DNA of 62,493 nt, filler included, from Choristocarpus tenellus KU-1152 (lineage: Eukaryota > Protista > Phaeophyceae), in the NCBI GenBank assembly GCA_964200185.2. It is 12 parts of 12 records of this genome, joined end to end, with 100 filler letters (N's around TTAATTAATTAA, not from the genome) between each part and the next. Parts side by side here need not be neighbours in the genome. Positions count along the whole stretch, not along the records: positions 50,013 to 54,545 come from CAXNAD020014117.1; positions 54,646 to 59,615 come from CAXNAD020012329.1; positions 59,716 to 62,493 come from CAXNAD020024835.1; 9 more parts are not named here. One strand, given 5' to 3'. The position numbers were made by a program, and so were the translations under genes. A model generated the notes under the pieces. It made no database searches and was not told the DNA's origin. It saw only the letters and a list, made by a program, of their open reading frames with translations. Of this stretch, positions 50,225 to 62,493 are shown one piece after another. Numbering within the stretch: position 1 is the stretch's first letter; the number at the start of each line of letters is the position of its first letter.

Positions 50225-53140
50225 TGCACGTCACATGGATCCAGCTTATTTAGCTTGGGGTGGCGATATTTTTAGCTGAAATAATATGCAACCCGAGACC
50301 TCCTGGTGTTTAGCCAGAATGGTGAGAGCAGGAAGGGTAATGAATGGATACATACCTCCAGAGCTCCTCGATCTGTATGTGTGCTGCCGCCTAGTGCATG
50401 TCACAGTTAGAGCCCCTCACAAATGGCACTGGAATCCCCTGTGGATTGGTTCCGTCTCTTTTGATGAGGGTGCTGCCTTTCGACACGATCAGTTCGTGGA
50501 CAGGGCTTTACAATACCAGCTGGCCGTGGTTACCAAGGCCTTTACTTTGCAATCCACTTCGAGGGCACAGACAACTTTGGCTTGACTTATTTTTTAATCT
50601 TCAGTAAACAAGCTGTATAATCAGAGTTTCATTTGAAGGTTGCGGGCAAGTGTGTGCAAAATTAGTCTTTTTTGGCAATTAATTGAGTATCCGATATTTT
50701 CCGAATTGTGTCGAAAGGTTTCAAACTACAACTCTCTCGAGTCAAACTTAGCACTTCATCCATCCATAGAAACTGGGTGAATTGTAAAATATTGAATATC
50801 TGACTTACAGTATAAAATGGGCAAAAAATGGGCACCTCTCGCTTACTTTGACTCTTTTTAAGTTGCTGTATATTGACTCAAGGAGTAGAATACCTCATTA
50901 CACTTTTGGTACCTTCCAACACACTGTTGAATAAACCTGCTTCCACCCAAGAGATTGGCATGATCTTGTGGATACCCTTGAAGTAATGGGCAATATCCTG
51001 GCCGATTACAAAGATTTCGTTCAATGCAACCATCATATTATCATCGCAGTCGCTTACACCTTGCTTTGTTTCCCATTTAGTTAGAAGAGGGGATGGTGGA
51101 AACAAATTTTCAAGTTACACACAGCATATTTGAGCTCCACTTAAGCTCCTGGTGCCAGGTATAGTGGATCATTAGAGACCCCTGGTCACCCCTCTTCCTA
51201 GAACATCATATGTACCTCCATAGTAACTACTACAGTAGGAACTGGAAATTCTTCCCGTATTCTATTTGTAGTAGTGCCAAATGGAAGCCATCAATTCCCA
51301 AACACTTCTCTATTTATATTGGGACGTTTGGGGGGTATGGTGCAGTGTGTGACCAATGGGGAGAAATTTGGAATGGACCTCCCAATTTGGTGTCATGTCA
51401 TACACCTGTTGGTATTTTTTTAAGGGTTGTACCTACCTCCCTCAGTGACGATGATGCCTGTTTTTGTTTTGTCGTAACCCCATAACTTGTGTGTGAGCGT
51501 GTGTTTTGTGTACCTCTACTACTATTATCTGTTCGCAATTAAATGTAACATTACTTTTGGAAGCTCCGTTCTTGCCCCTAAACGACCCCTATGATTTACC
51601 CTCTGGACAAGGTTTAGTTCTCGTATAGATTAGGAGGCGCGCAAAGCTTGATATGGTGGGCTTTCATTACTGTGTAGGATCGCCAATCCTGTAACCACAA
51701 GAAAGCAATCCTTCTAATGGAATGACTCCAGGAGTCGAAGACTTCATGACAGCTGCAAAGAAACAATTGTGGGTTGACACCAGTAGTGGAAATTTTCGCT
51801 GGCATCAACAATCCAATATCAATATGATTTCTACCATGCATTGCCAACATCTCCTTAGACCTCACCCACCTGCTCTGAGCGCTCACGACCTCTTCCCTCC
51901 CCTCTCCCTCCACCCCTAACATGAAATACAGGAAGAACTGCGTCTTCCATATCATAGACGTATTTCCTGCAAGTTCACCACTCCAGATCCGAATTTTGAG
52001 GTTGTGAGAGTTATGCATTCCCTATCCCACTGCCTTGTCTGGGAAGCTCATGAATGTTGTGCCAGGAATAGTTGGACGCCTAAAGCAATTCCTTATGCTT
52101 CTCTCTAAGTCACTGCACATGTGGGGAAGTTCTCCTCTGCTTCTTCTGCCAACAGAGTAACTGTTCTTCGCAGGTCATGTCTCAGGTGATGTAATTCTTC
52201 TTTCCTTCCCTAAATTTGTACATGCTATATCTGCTGGTTTGCTGTGAAGACTGGGACTGCCTTCTTTGCAAGTTGCGTTGGCGTCTGTCTTTAATAGAGA
52301 CAGTCCACTTGTATCACACACATGAACTACTAGTCATACATGGTGTTGCTATTTTTTGTGGTTGATATGCATATATTGAGGTACACCTGTCATCCTGCTA
52401 GTACCACTTCTATTCCACAATTTTTCAGACCTTCTCGAGCCCAGAGATATAAACATGGTTGTGAACACACCCTCAGCCTCCAATACGGTGGCAAACCGAC
52501 AAGCATTTGTGCACAAGGGGAGCTTCCTTGTACATAACCAGTGCCTTGTCATACTCGCCCACCACTGAGATGACCCCAGTAAGACAAACGCATTAGTAAT
52601 GTAGGCTGGACAGACTTTTACCATAATATGGACATCACTCCAGAATCGCCTGATGGCTCAAAGTATCTGGGGGGGGGGGGATCTACACCATCGGTTCTGC
52701 ACGTGAAAGAAAGAAAAGGCTTAAGTTGCATTCCGTACTGAATTACAACTCAACAAGGCCAACACCTGCCGACCTTTCAAAAAAATGGTTCCCAGTGGGC
52801 ATGACAATATTAGACATATTAGAAGTCACATAGGGTAAGACAAAAAAAAACATAATGCACGTTTAAACGCTCCCAAGATTTGGCAACCCCCCTGTGTTTC
52901 GTGTTCTTGTCTAGTCTACCGAAGCTAAGTCCACGTGTTGGTAACATGCGCGAGGGAAACGCCTGCTCCTCGCGCGTCTGGGTGTATTTTGACATATTGT
53001 TATATCAAAGAGGGGTGATCTCGTGTGGTCAACATCTTCATATTGAGTGGGGTAGCACCTTTTCATTAAGGTGTAAGATATTGTAACATAAAAAAACAGG
53101 GCAATCTCCAGTATACAATGACTACAATAGTAATTGTTAG

Positions 53141-53343
53141 GGAGAGGTAAAGTGGGTACTCGGGTGCCCAGGTTTATTGGGGTGCTTCACTCTAGCTTCC
53201 TATAATGTGGACCCTTTCCCCGTCAATTTTTGAGGTTATGTTACGGTTATAGCTAGGGTTACGGTTAGGGTTATCGTTAATAACTGAATATGAATGGGGG
53301 TACTCTAATATGCCTGTCACCTGAGTACCTCGCGAACTTCCTC
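53141..53343. mobile_element. Small inverted-repeat element with internal telomere-like (TAGGGT) array
   Basis: ggtactcgggtg (~53155) and cacctgagtacc (~53318) are inverted; core ggttatagctagggttacggttagggtta. Confidence 0.55.
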
Positions 53344-53773
53344 TAACAGTAACAGTTCAGTGGTAGTAGTTATAAATAGTAGGGGAATAGACAATTTGCG
53401 TAGGACATTTTTTTCAGGCATTATTTCAAGGTGCAAAGGAAATTTACCTTAGAAATAGTATGAAGTATTGCCTTTCTTGAAAATCACCATTTTTGGTTCA
53501 AGATCGGAATAGGTGACCTTTTCTATTCGCAAAAATCTTGTTTGGACTAAATTTCATTGAACATATGGACTTTTCTCGCATTTAGGTTGAGTTTTAGTTC
53601 CCGTTTCTTGTGTTGAAGGTGGGCCTCATATTCTCCATCTTGACCAACTTGTGTTTTGATTGCGGATGGGATCGGATGGGGAGAAGGCCTACCTTAAGTG
53701 TGTGGTCTAAATCCCAAAATTGTCTCCCTTCTATGACTTCGAACGGTTTTCTTGATGGTACACATCAAATGGT

Positions 53774-53955
53774 GACCCAAAGTATCTGAGGGGTAGGGGG
53801 GGTCTACATCATCAGGGTGTCCATTTGGGTCATAACCAGGAAAAGTGCATTTACATTATCCATCCAACGTATGCAACCAAATCGCCAAAAAATGACGACA
53901 AGAAAAAAATGACCCCAAATGGACAGCTGTTACCCACCCCCAGATACTTCGAGCC
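53774..53955 (-). mobile_element. MITE family A, full copy, reverse orientation, TSD TGGT
   Basis: tggt|gacccaaagtatctg..cagatacttcgagcc|tggt. Confidence 0.93.
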
Positions 53956-55318
53956 TGGTCTAAATCGTTAACATGGTCCAACATGCTCAAGGATTGTATC
54001 TATTATCCTGAAGGTGCACAAAAAAATGTCCAAATTGGCAATATGGCAATGGCGAAGGGAGGGGTACCAGAAGCTTTTAAAGTCACGTTACTGCTCGCAC
54101 AAGCGCGCCTTATTGACGCTTTGTGGGTGGGTAGCTATTAAAGAGTTTTAGCCTTGTTCCAGGCGGCATCAATTTCGTCTGAAACCAGACCGATTTTGAC
54201 AGTGATCAGACAATTGAGGGTGATCTTCTACCTGTGGAAGTAGTGCAAACCCGAAGGAAGGAGATGAAAAGGTTTTGGAGTGGTTTTCCAGAAATGGAGA
54301 AAGTTTGGTGAAGGTAGCGTCCTCAGGATCTCAGTTCAAGTCTATTTGCAGTGGCAACCAGGGTCCTGATGGTCGGCTCAACAGGGAAAAGAGGGAAAAG
54401 AGGGAGAGCATCGATGCTACTTCGAGATGCGCGCGCAGAAGTCGAATAGGGAGTAGCTGGGGTGGAAAAGTCTCTCAGTTGTCTAAAGAGAATCACTCGG
54501 GGTGACCCAAAGTATCTGGGAGGGGGGGGGGGGGCTAGACCAGGGNNNNNNNNNNNNNNNNNNNNNNNNNNNNNNNNNNNNNNNNNNNNTTAATTAATTA
54601 ANNNNNNNNNNNNNNNNNNNNNNNNNNNNNNNNNNNNNNNNNNNNACGTATCTACTAAGATATGAGGAAAGGTGGGAAGGGGGGAGGTGGTAGGTGGTAG
54701 GTATAGTGGTGGTTTACAGATATCCACTGCTTTGTGTACACATTAGAGATACCTACTACATCTCAAAATATTGATATGTGTGTGTGTGTTATGTATGCTA
54801 TTTTTTGTAGAATATTAAGTGTAGCAATACAATACTTTGGTGACTTGTAGGTCTCCCAACATTTTTTGCTTTGACATACTTGAGTGTTGTATGGTGTTTG
54901 TATGGTGTGTGCAGGCGGTATGTCGGCTAGTCGTGGTTGTCTGCCCACATTGTTACTAGTAGTATTTAGTCAGCTTACCTCTGTGTCTGTTACTGTGTGT
55001 GTCAATATGAAATTTTAAATTAATAGTAGTAAAAATAACGTTGATGATAGTGTATTGTTGTTGCATGTCTTCATTTATGTTTTGTTGATTGCTTACCTCA
55101 CTCCAGTATGCCCTGTATCCAACACACACACACACATATATATATATATATTTTTTTTAAACACATGCATATTTTTTATAGTACTTACATATACTAACTA
55201 AGAAGGGTTAGGGTTAGAAATCACATGCAACACACACACACTCACACAAGTATTGTACAGACATATATTTTAAATCCTGGGGGCAATCCCTCTAATGTGC
55301 AACAAAATAATAATCTAG

Positions 55319-57851
55319 GATGCAGCAGCAGGGTTTGAAGAGATGAGGACAAGACTCAACCTTCAAAGAGCAAAGAAGTGGAGTTGGAAACCAGAGCAGA
55401 TGTCCTCAGGAAACAGGCATGTTGGAATGTGAAGCAAGGAATGGGAGGAGGGGGGGGGGTTGCGTGTCCTGACTCAAGAGTGATTATTAGGTGGTGGGGG
55501 TTGTCTCTTTTTTATGTGCACAGTATGTACGGAACTTTGGATGTTAGTGTTTTGTCAGAGAAAGGTATACCCTGCACCATAGAACCGTGTGTGTGTGTGT
55601 GTGTGTGTTGGAAGTAGTTGGTAAAACTGTTGGAAGAATGGCGTGTTGAGGAAGGGAGGGGAAGGGGGGGAAGGTTCACATGCTAATGTGTTGGATTTTT
55701 TTTTTGAGAGATTGAACTACTGCATCTCTTGGATCTAATTTTCTTTTTTCCACAAAGGTAGTGCATTAGTGGATGGTAAAAGTATTTTTTTTCATAAATT
55801 CCTTTTGTGTTTTGAAAGATTGAAGGTTCTTTTTGATTATCTTTGGTATTTTTTTCTTTTCCATTTATTATTATTATTGTTATTATGGAATGGTGTTAGG
55901 GTTAGAAGTAATATTATAGGAGCAACAGATGTAAAGAAGAAAACAAGTGAAAAGCGATGAGTTGGTACTTTCAGATATATTATTTTTATGTATTATTTTT
56001 ATTGTTTGATGTGTTTGTCTCCACCTGGTGGTGTAAACGCGATTTTATCCCCAATACCCTAATCTTCTAAATATTCTGTTGAAATATTGCTATTGTTGCA
56101 TCAGCCTGAAAACATTTCTTTTTGTACCCTTGTTTGGAACCATATACCTTGACACTACGGTTATTATTGTAAGCGATTTGTCCTTCAAACTTAACCCTAA
56201 CCCTGCTGTGCTGCAACTACCACTCCCCTCATTAGGACCACCTATTTGCCGCTGCTACTGTGGTGAAGCTGGTAGCCCTAGTCCTAAAATAGAGCCAGCT
56301 CTTGTGATCAGACATGAATTTATGTCCTAGGTACTACATTATTATTTTTACTCATATTATTGTTCCTTCAACCCTTGGACGTTACAAGTACTTAAAAATA
56401 TATATTTTGTGAGTGTATTTTAAGGTATGCCATAAGAATAGATACATACATATAACACACACACACACTGCCCCAGCACTATGTTTTTTTAAAATCATTT
56501 TTTGTAGTATAAACCTTCCAAAATTGGCACCAACTCTAGTCCCACATGATGGATATTGTTTTTTTATTACCTCAACACGCCACACTCAGGTGGAAAACCT
56601 AGAGAGTGAGCTTCTGTCCAGTTCAGCCCAATCCGAGGCGAATGCTCTTGCTCTCAAGGAAAGGGAAGGTGCTCTTATGTCAGTGGAGGCACAACTCAAG
56701 AAGGCCTTGGACACTGGGGTGGAGCTGGAAAATGCAACCACGAGGTAAGCACCAGTATATACAATATATAAAAAATAATAATCCTTTGGGAGGGGGGGGA
56801 CGGGGGTCCTTCCTGGTGCAGATTTTCTTTTGGGGGGGGTGTTCACAGAAGGTACATGGGTTGTAGTTCTGTAGACACTAGATGTTGCTGTTAGTGTACA
56901 CGAATTAATAAATGTCTTGGAAGCAATATAGTGAAACTAGAATGATTCATGACTGATAGAAAGGAACATTGGAATATTGTGATTTTCAAGTAATGTTCTA
57001 GGAATTTAATTGTTGGGCCATTTCTAAGATTGTTTGCAAGCAAGTATGATTATAGAGGGTAGGACTACACCCCACCCCCGTTACGGATAGGGCTCGCTCT
57101 TCACTGTAACTTAAAAAAAACACTCTCTACATCATCATCTTCTCCTTGGTAAAGGAGCATACTCTTTGGTCGCATGTGAACAGTGTGTACCTACCTAGAG
57201 TGCATGGACCATTGTATTATTTGTTTGTTTGTGTTTGTGTTGGGTTTTTGATGAGCATATGTTCTTCATTAACAAGTTTTTTTTTTTAATCTAGCCATCA
57301 CTTATTCAAACCTTGGCCCACCCAACCTCTCGCATCCATATTTTCAATGTCCATCTTATCATTATTATTAGTATTACTGTTTTTGGTGAACAGCAAAGAT
57401 CAATCTGACTCGTCTGGGCTATATTATACCCTGTCCCCACCCCTGTACATTTAGGACACATAACATACTCTTCAAAACGAAAAAATATTTGTTTTGCATA
57501 ATCTTATAGTGGAGTGGAGTGGAGTGGAGTGAACCGTCACTTTTTTTGTGTGCAATGCTCAAGGGCAACTCCCAAAATTTTGATGTCCAGTGCTGTCAGT
57601 CCTTACTTGTAAACGCCTTACATAGTCTTAGAAGCTTTGCTGAACCTGAATTCCTGAATGTTTTTTTTGTATTTTGTTGTTTTGTGTGTTATGATATGGT
57701 GTTTTTATGTATGCACACGCCTCTTTGGTGATGCAGAGTAAAAGAACTGGAGGGATGCCTGTCAGAAGCGGAAGAGGGTTTGGCCGTGGAGAGGTTGAGG
57801 GCAGACAAGCTGGAGGAGATGGTGGACAAGGCAATGGGGAAGGAGGATGAG
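55319..57851 (+). CDS. Internal exons of a coiled-coil protein gene: (55319?)-55416, 56590-56744, 57737-57851
   Basis: ..EVELETRADVLRKQ|VENLESELLSSSAQSEANALALKEREGALMSVEAQLKKALD..TTR|VKELEGCLSEAEEGLAVERLRADKLEEMVDKAMGKEDE. Phases 0 and 2 are compatible; composition is E/L/K-rich. The 5' boundary of the first exon is doubtful. Confidence 0.7.
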
Positions 57852-59715
57852 GTACTTTCATTTTGGTCCTGTATCCTTTGTCTTGGTTAGTCTTGTCCAC
57901 TGGAGTGTCTACATCTCTTTGGGATTTGGAGGGTTTGGGAGGGGGGAGAAGGGGAAAACATTTGAAAAGGTTTTTTAACATGAGATATAATAGCATTCTT
58001 GTAGTATATTTAAGCGTGCTGATTGGTTAAAAGCCAACTTGTGAAGAGTGATCATTGGTCAACAGTAATCGCCTTGAACTGTGTGCAGTGTTGACGTACC
58101 ATGGTTGGCGGTGTTTCTGATGGACTGTGCTGAGTAATATTTCCGTCCCCTCCTCCCTTGTATGCCAGAGATACCGTATTCACACACATTAGTGTCATCT
58201 AATGTACATGTACATCCTCTTTGTGTACCTTAAATCGTCGTTCTTTTTTTCTTGCTACTGTATATGTATCGTCTTTGGAATTATTGCACCCTTTTTTCTG
58301 AGGCAGTTTACATATATGTGTCCAAGAGCACCACCAAGGAACAGTACCCTTTACAGTCAAGGGGTTAAGACCACTGCCTCCAGAACCACCTCGAAATCTG
58401 TCCTCTCCGTGTAGTTGAGGATTGTACCCTTAGTTACACTTTGATGCTCTTGTTGTAACTTATTATGAGTTTATTGGACTATTGGCCAATAGTAGTGTTC
58501 ACCAACCGTGTTTCTCCCCTAATGTGCACCAAGAAATATTTAGTTCATCACTCTGACTGTAGAAGTAGAGTGGCTTGAAAACTAGGGGGCACCAGAGTGT
58601 ACTGGCACAGAGGCACAATGGCCGGGCAGAGTGAACCTATCCCCACAAACACCAATCTAATGAAGGTCCCACTAATGAAGATCTCACCAGCAGAATGTGG
58701 TACACTAGAGATGGAAGAAGCTGTCCCTTTGCCAGTGAGTTGATAGATAATCAAGGTTGATAGTCAAGGTTGGAGGGACAATCAATGCACAAGAGGTATC
58801 ATGAATTAATCTACCATAGCCAAGACTAGGGAGCTTCTGTTTCAGGGAGTAAGTAAGCATCAAGGAGGAGCTCACCAGACCCTGTTCAGAACACAGACAG
58901 GTCTCAAGGGGAGAAGTGTGTTTGTGTTACAGCAAAGTAATGGTGACTTCATGGGACAACCCCCCCTGGAACCTACTGGCCTTGCCCCCCCATGCTTGTT
59001 GTGCTTGTTGTGTATATAGTGATGTGTTGTCAGAACACGGAAACTTTGATGGCCTGTCTTCCCCCCTCCCCCTGCCATGACCTTTTTAGGAGAGTGAGTA
59101 GATGTAGACTTTTGTTGTAGTGAGTGTTGTATTTGTAAGGGGCTGTGTGTCCTCTGCGTTTGTTTTCTGTGTGTGGTGTCTTAGTACTGCCTGCCTGCTG
59201 TGAGAAGGCAGTAGTATTTACTGTACTTTTTTATTTGGATCATGATCTAAATTATAGTAAAATGCGTCATAATTGATACAAATATTTTGACACTATTTAG
59301 AATATTTCTATTTTAGTATATAATTACATATATATATACATATGATTGTTTTTTTCTAATGCCCTCCTTAGCATTGCCAGGGAACCAACGCTGCTCCAAG
59401 AGCCGGTGGTGGTATCAACGATTAATTTCGCAAGACGATGCATTACCCAAACATATGTGGCTGCCCATACGCATACGCCGTGCGCCTTGTGCAAAACCAA
59501 GCCACAGACAAAATCCACCTACTGTTGAAAGGCTCATACGTGGCATGTCTACAGAAATGTTGTATACCTGCTCAGATAGTTGACTACCCGCCATACATCC
59601 CTCACCCTTTACACTNNNNNNNNNNNNNNNNNNNNNNNNNNNNNNNNNNNNNNNNNNNNTTAATTAATTAANNNNNNNNNNNNNNNNNNNNNNNNNNNNN
59701 NNNNNNNNNNNNNNN

Positions 59716-60590
59716 GAGGTGCATCAGTGGGGATGGCGCTGGTGAGTTCGGGAGGAGCGTAAGGTTCCAGCGCATGCCGACAGAGCGGGGCGTGAAATGG
59801 TGCAAGACCCCACCAGGCACACTCAAAAGCAACGGGATTGCCGAGTGGGCAATCAAACAGGTGATGCAATCGGCGCGAAGTCAGCTGATCCAGGCTGGAC
59901 TGGGGGAGGAGTTTTGGTTCTTCGCGGTGGCAGACGCCACACACAAGACCACAGGCGTGCCACACGAGTACCTGGGTGGCGAGACACCATGCGAGCGCCT
60001 GACCAGCAAGCCATTCAACTACAAGCGGCTCTGTGTGTTCAGGATGGAGTGCTTCGTGGATTAGACCAAGCAAGCAACAGCGCGGCACCAACGCCAAGTT
60101 CCACCTGTACGTGAAGTGGGGGATCCTCGTCGGCCACAACAGGGCGGCACTGTGCTGGCACGTGTGGATCCCGCATGAAGGTAAGCGGGTGACCTCCGCA
60201 CAATTGAAGTTCCAACCTGAAGCCAAACTGCGGGAACTGGTGGCGGAGCCAGAGCTGGACATACTGGGGGAGTCGGAGCACGACGATGCCATGAACATCG
60301 ATGGCGAAGGCGAAGAGGAGGCTTCCACAACAGGGGAGTGAGGCACACAACACTGGTCATGCAGGCGGAAATATTGGGAGTGGGGCTCAAGATGCAAAGC
60401 GCTCAGCACCCCATGAAAGTCAAGAGATTTCTCCCAGGATGGGACAACACCAGCGCATGGATAGGGCAGCGCAGATAGTGGCCAAGCGCATTGCATGGCC
60501 CCACAATCTGGACAGCGGGCACCTTCCCGGCTGGAGCAGCGCCAGCAGGTGGACTACACATCCCAGTTGTTCGACCTGGAAGGGGGTGAG
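59716..60590 (+). mobile_element. Degenerate Ty1/copia integrase core, SH3-like region and linker
   Basis: DGAGEF..TPPGT.KSNGIAEWAIK..FWFFAVADA..TPCERLTSKPFNYKRLCVF..ECFV..WGILVGH. Confidence 0.9.
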
Positions 60591-60599
60591 GAAAATACC

Positions 60600-62493
60600 C
60601 ATAGACTACCAGCCTATATTGCACACTTCCCCATGAGCGCGCGGCAAAGTTGCTGACAAAAGCTCACCCCCGACGCGAAAACACGGAATGCAGAAAATCA
60701 GAAGGCAGTTATGCTAAGACTTGTTCAAAATGTCAGCCAGTTGTTTTGATGTTGGAACGTATTCTACGTGAAACAGACCCTGGTCCACATATTCTCTGGT
60801 GCACTTCAGCTTCATGTACACATGCTTGGTTATTCCGTCGAAAACTGTGATACTGCTCGCCTGTATAGCACCACGGTTTTCACAGAACCAGGGAGTCTGG
60901 TCTTGTAGTATGCCGATCTCCCCCAGAATGCCTCGAAGGAAAATGCAGTGGCGCATGCCGTATGCCATTTCCATCTACTCTGCCTCCGAGCTGTAGAGGG
61001 TGACGGCACCTTGAAGCTTGGAGCGCCAGGCGATCGGTGATCCGTTGAACTATAGTAGGTAACCTGTGACGCTCCGGCGTGTTTGGAAATCGGTGCCCCA
61101 GTCAGAATCCCCATACCCCCCGCCAATAGCTCTCGGTCCCCTCCATTCATATCCTTACTTCCTCGTCCTTAGTGAATGCAGACGTCAAGTATACATTTAT
61201 GTCCCTTATATCCCTTTATGTCCAGTATCCCTGCTATGTAGCGCAGAACGTGTTGTAGTCCGCGCCAGTGTCGCATGCATGGAGACACCTCCCTGTGCCC
61301 CAGTTCACGAACGCTGTTGGCCAGGTGCGGGTGAATCATGCATGCTAGAAACATGAGATGGCCGAGGATACTGGCATAGAGGTAGATGGTGGGATTCAGT
61401 TCCTCCTCATTGTCATGCCTATCAGAGAGGTCTAAGCGGGGGTGCAGTGGTGTGGATGTGTTCCGCACTTCCGTGGAGCCCATCCCGGCCATGACAATGC
61501 TTTCCACGTATAGCTGTTAGTCCAGGGTGATGCCGTTCACACCTACAGTGATACCCATCCTAATCAGCTTGTCTGGTGTGCCAAGGTCCAGCCCCTCGTA
61601 CTTCTCCAGCAGCGATGCCCTCATCCTCTGGATTTCCTCCGTGAAGTCTCCAGTGGTGGCAGTGTCGTCAACGTAGGTGGTGAGAATGGTGATGCGTCCG
61701 TCTTCACTCTTCCTGAAGTAGAGGCACTCATTGTGTTCGGTGCTCGTCCACCCTTCTCCTAGGATGGCGCCGCGTAGCTCATGATACCACTCCATGGCTG
61801 ACTGCTTCAGCCCATAGATTGCCTTCTCTGCCTTGACGGTGCGGCCGTCAGTAAGCTCCAGCCAGAAGTCCTCCTTCAGGTCTGCGTTGAAGTAGGCCTG
61901 TGTGAAGTCCAGAGGGTTGATGCTCCAACCTCTGTACTCTGCGACTTATATGACGCACCGTAATGTGTCGTACCCCATCACCGGGCTGAAGGTTTGGAAG
62001 AAGTCCGCACCTGCATTTTGTGTGACGCCACGGGCCACGAGTCGCGCCTTACAGCGTTCCACCGTACAGTCCGCGGAGCGCTTGATTTTGAAAACGAATC
62101 GCGCCTTGATCGCCTTCCTCCCTTGGGGTAGGGCCTTGTCACCAAAGGTCCCCTTCTACCATAGCCCTGTCATTTCCTTTTCCGTGGCTCCCTGCCACTG
62201 TCCTGAAACTGGCACACTCAACGCCTCCTTTGTTGTAGACGGCAAAGATACCGTTACCATTGTTCCACCAGAGTAGACAGTAGTCTTGTGTGTGGCGTCT
62301 GACACCGCGAAGAACCAAAACTCCTCCCCCAGTCCAGCCTGGATCAGCTGACTTCGCGCCGATTGCATCACTTGTTTGATTGCCCACTCGGCAATCCCGT
62401 TGCTTTCGAGCGTGCCTGGTGGGGTCTTGCACCATTTCACGCCCCGCTCTGTCGGCATGCACTGGAACCTTACGCTCCTCCCGAACTCACCAG
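60600..62493 (-). mobile_element. Degenerate Ty1/copia integrase fragment, RT, RNase H, then PPT-like tract and possible 3' LTR start (~60658)
   Basis: KARFVFK..CKARLVARG; LDFTQAYFNADL; KAIYGLKQSA; ILTTYVDD; DSDWG; ENRGAI..TKHVYMKL..VEYVPTSKQLADILNK-stop at 60714; then cggggtgagcttt-TGTCAGC on the minus strand. Confidence 0.93.

Noticed and set aside
59660-60496. 278-aa minus-strand ORF
   Set aside because: Antisense shadow of the GC-rich copia integrase; it runs into the linker.

Overview
Eukaryotic, intron-rich, transposon-laden DNA. It is not one locus but 12 short draft contigs (about 3-9.5 kb) joined by an artificial 100-bp linker (N44-TTAATTAATTAA-N44), so adjacency across linkers means nothing. 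The dynein insert, intron style and Copia/RTE motifs suggest a stramenopile, probably a brown alga or relative (inference). Spliced host genes: the last five exons of an outer-arm-type axonemal dynein heavy chain; three exons of an organellar (mitochondrial-type) uL13; a head-to-head pair (uncharacterised 6-exon gene and an EF-hand gene); and a coiled-coil gene fragment. Decayed TEs: three Ty1/copia remnants with LTR, PBS and nested solo LTRs; a plant-type mariner; a pogo/Tigger element with an extra Cys-rich N-terminus; and an RTE-like LINE. The most notable signals are (1) related high-copy MITE families with 4-bp TSDs, a shared AAAGTA(TCT) terminal core and an internal GTCCATTTGG motif about 30 and 40 nt from the two ends (Sola-like, inferred); (2) frequent GC-AG splice donors; (3) a fold-back copia whose two arms carry complementary domains. 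I found no unambiguous new biological system; the best candidates are ranked below.
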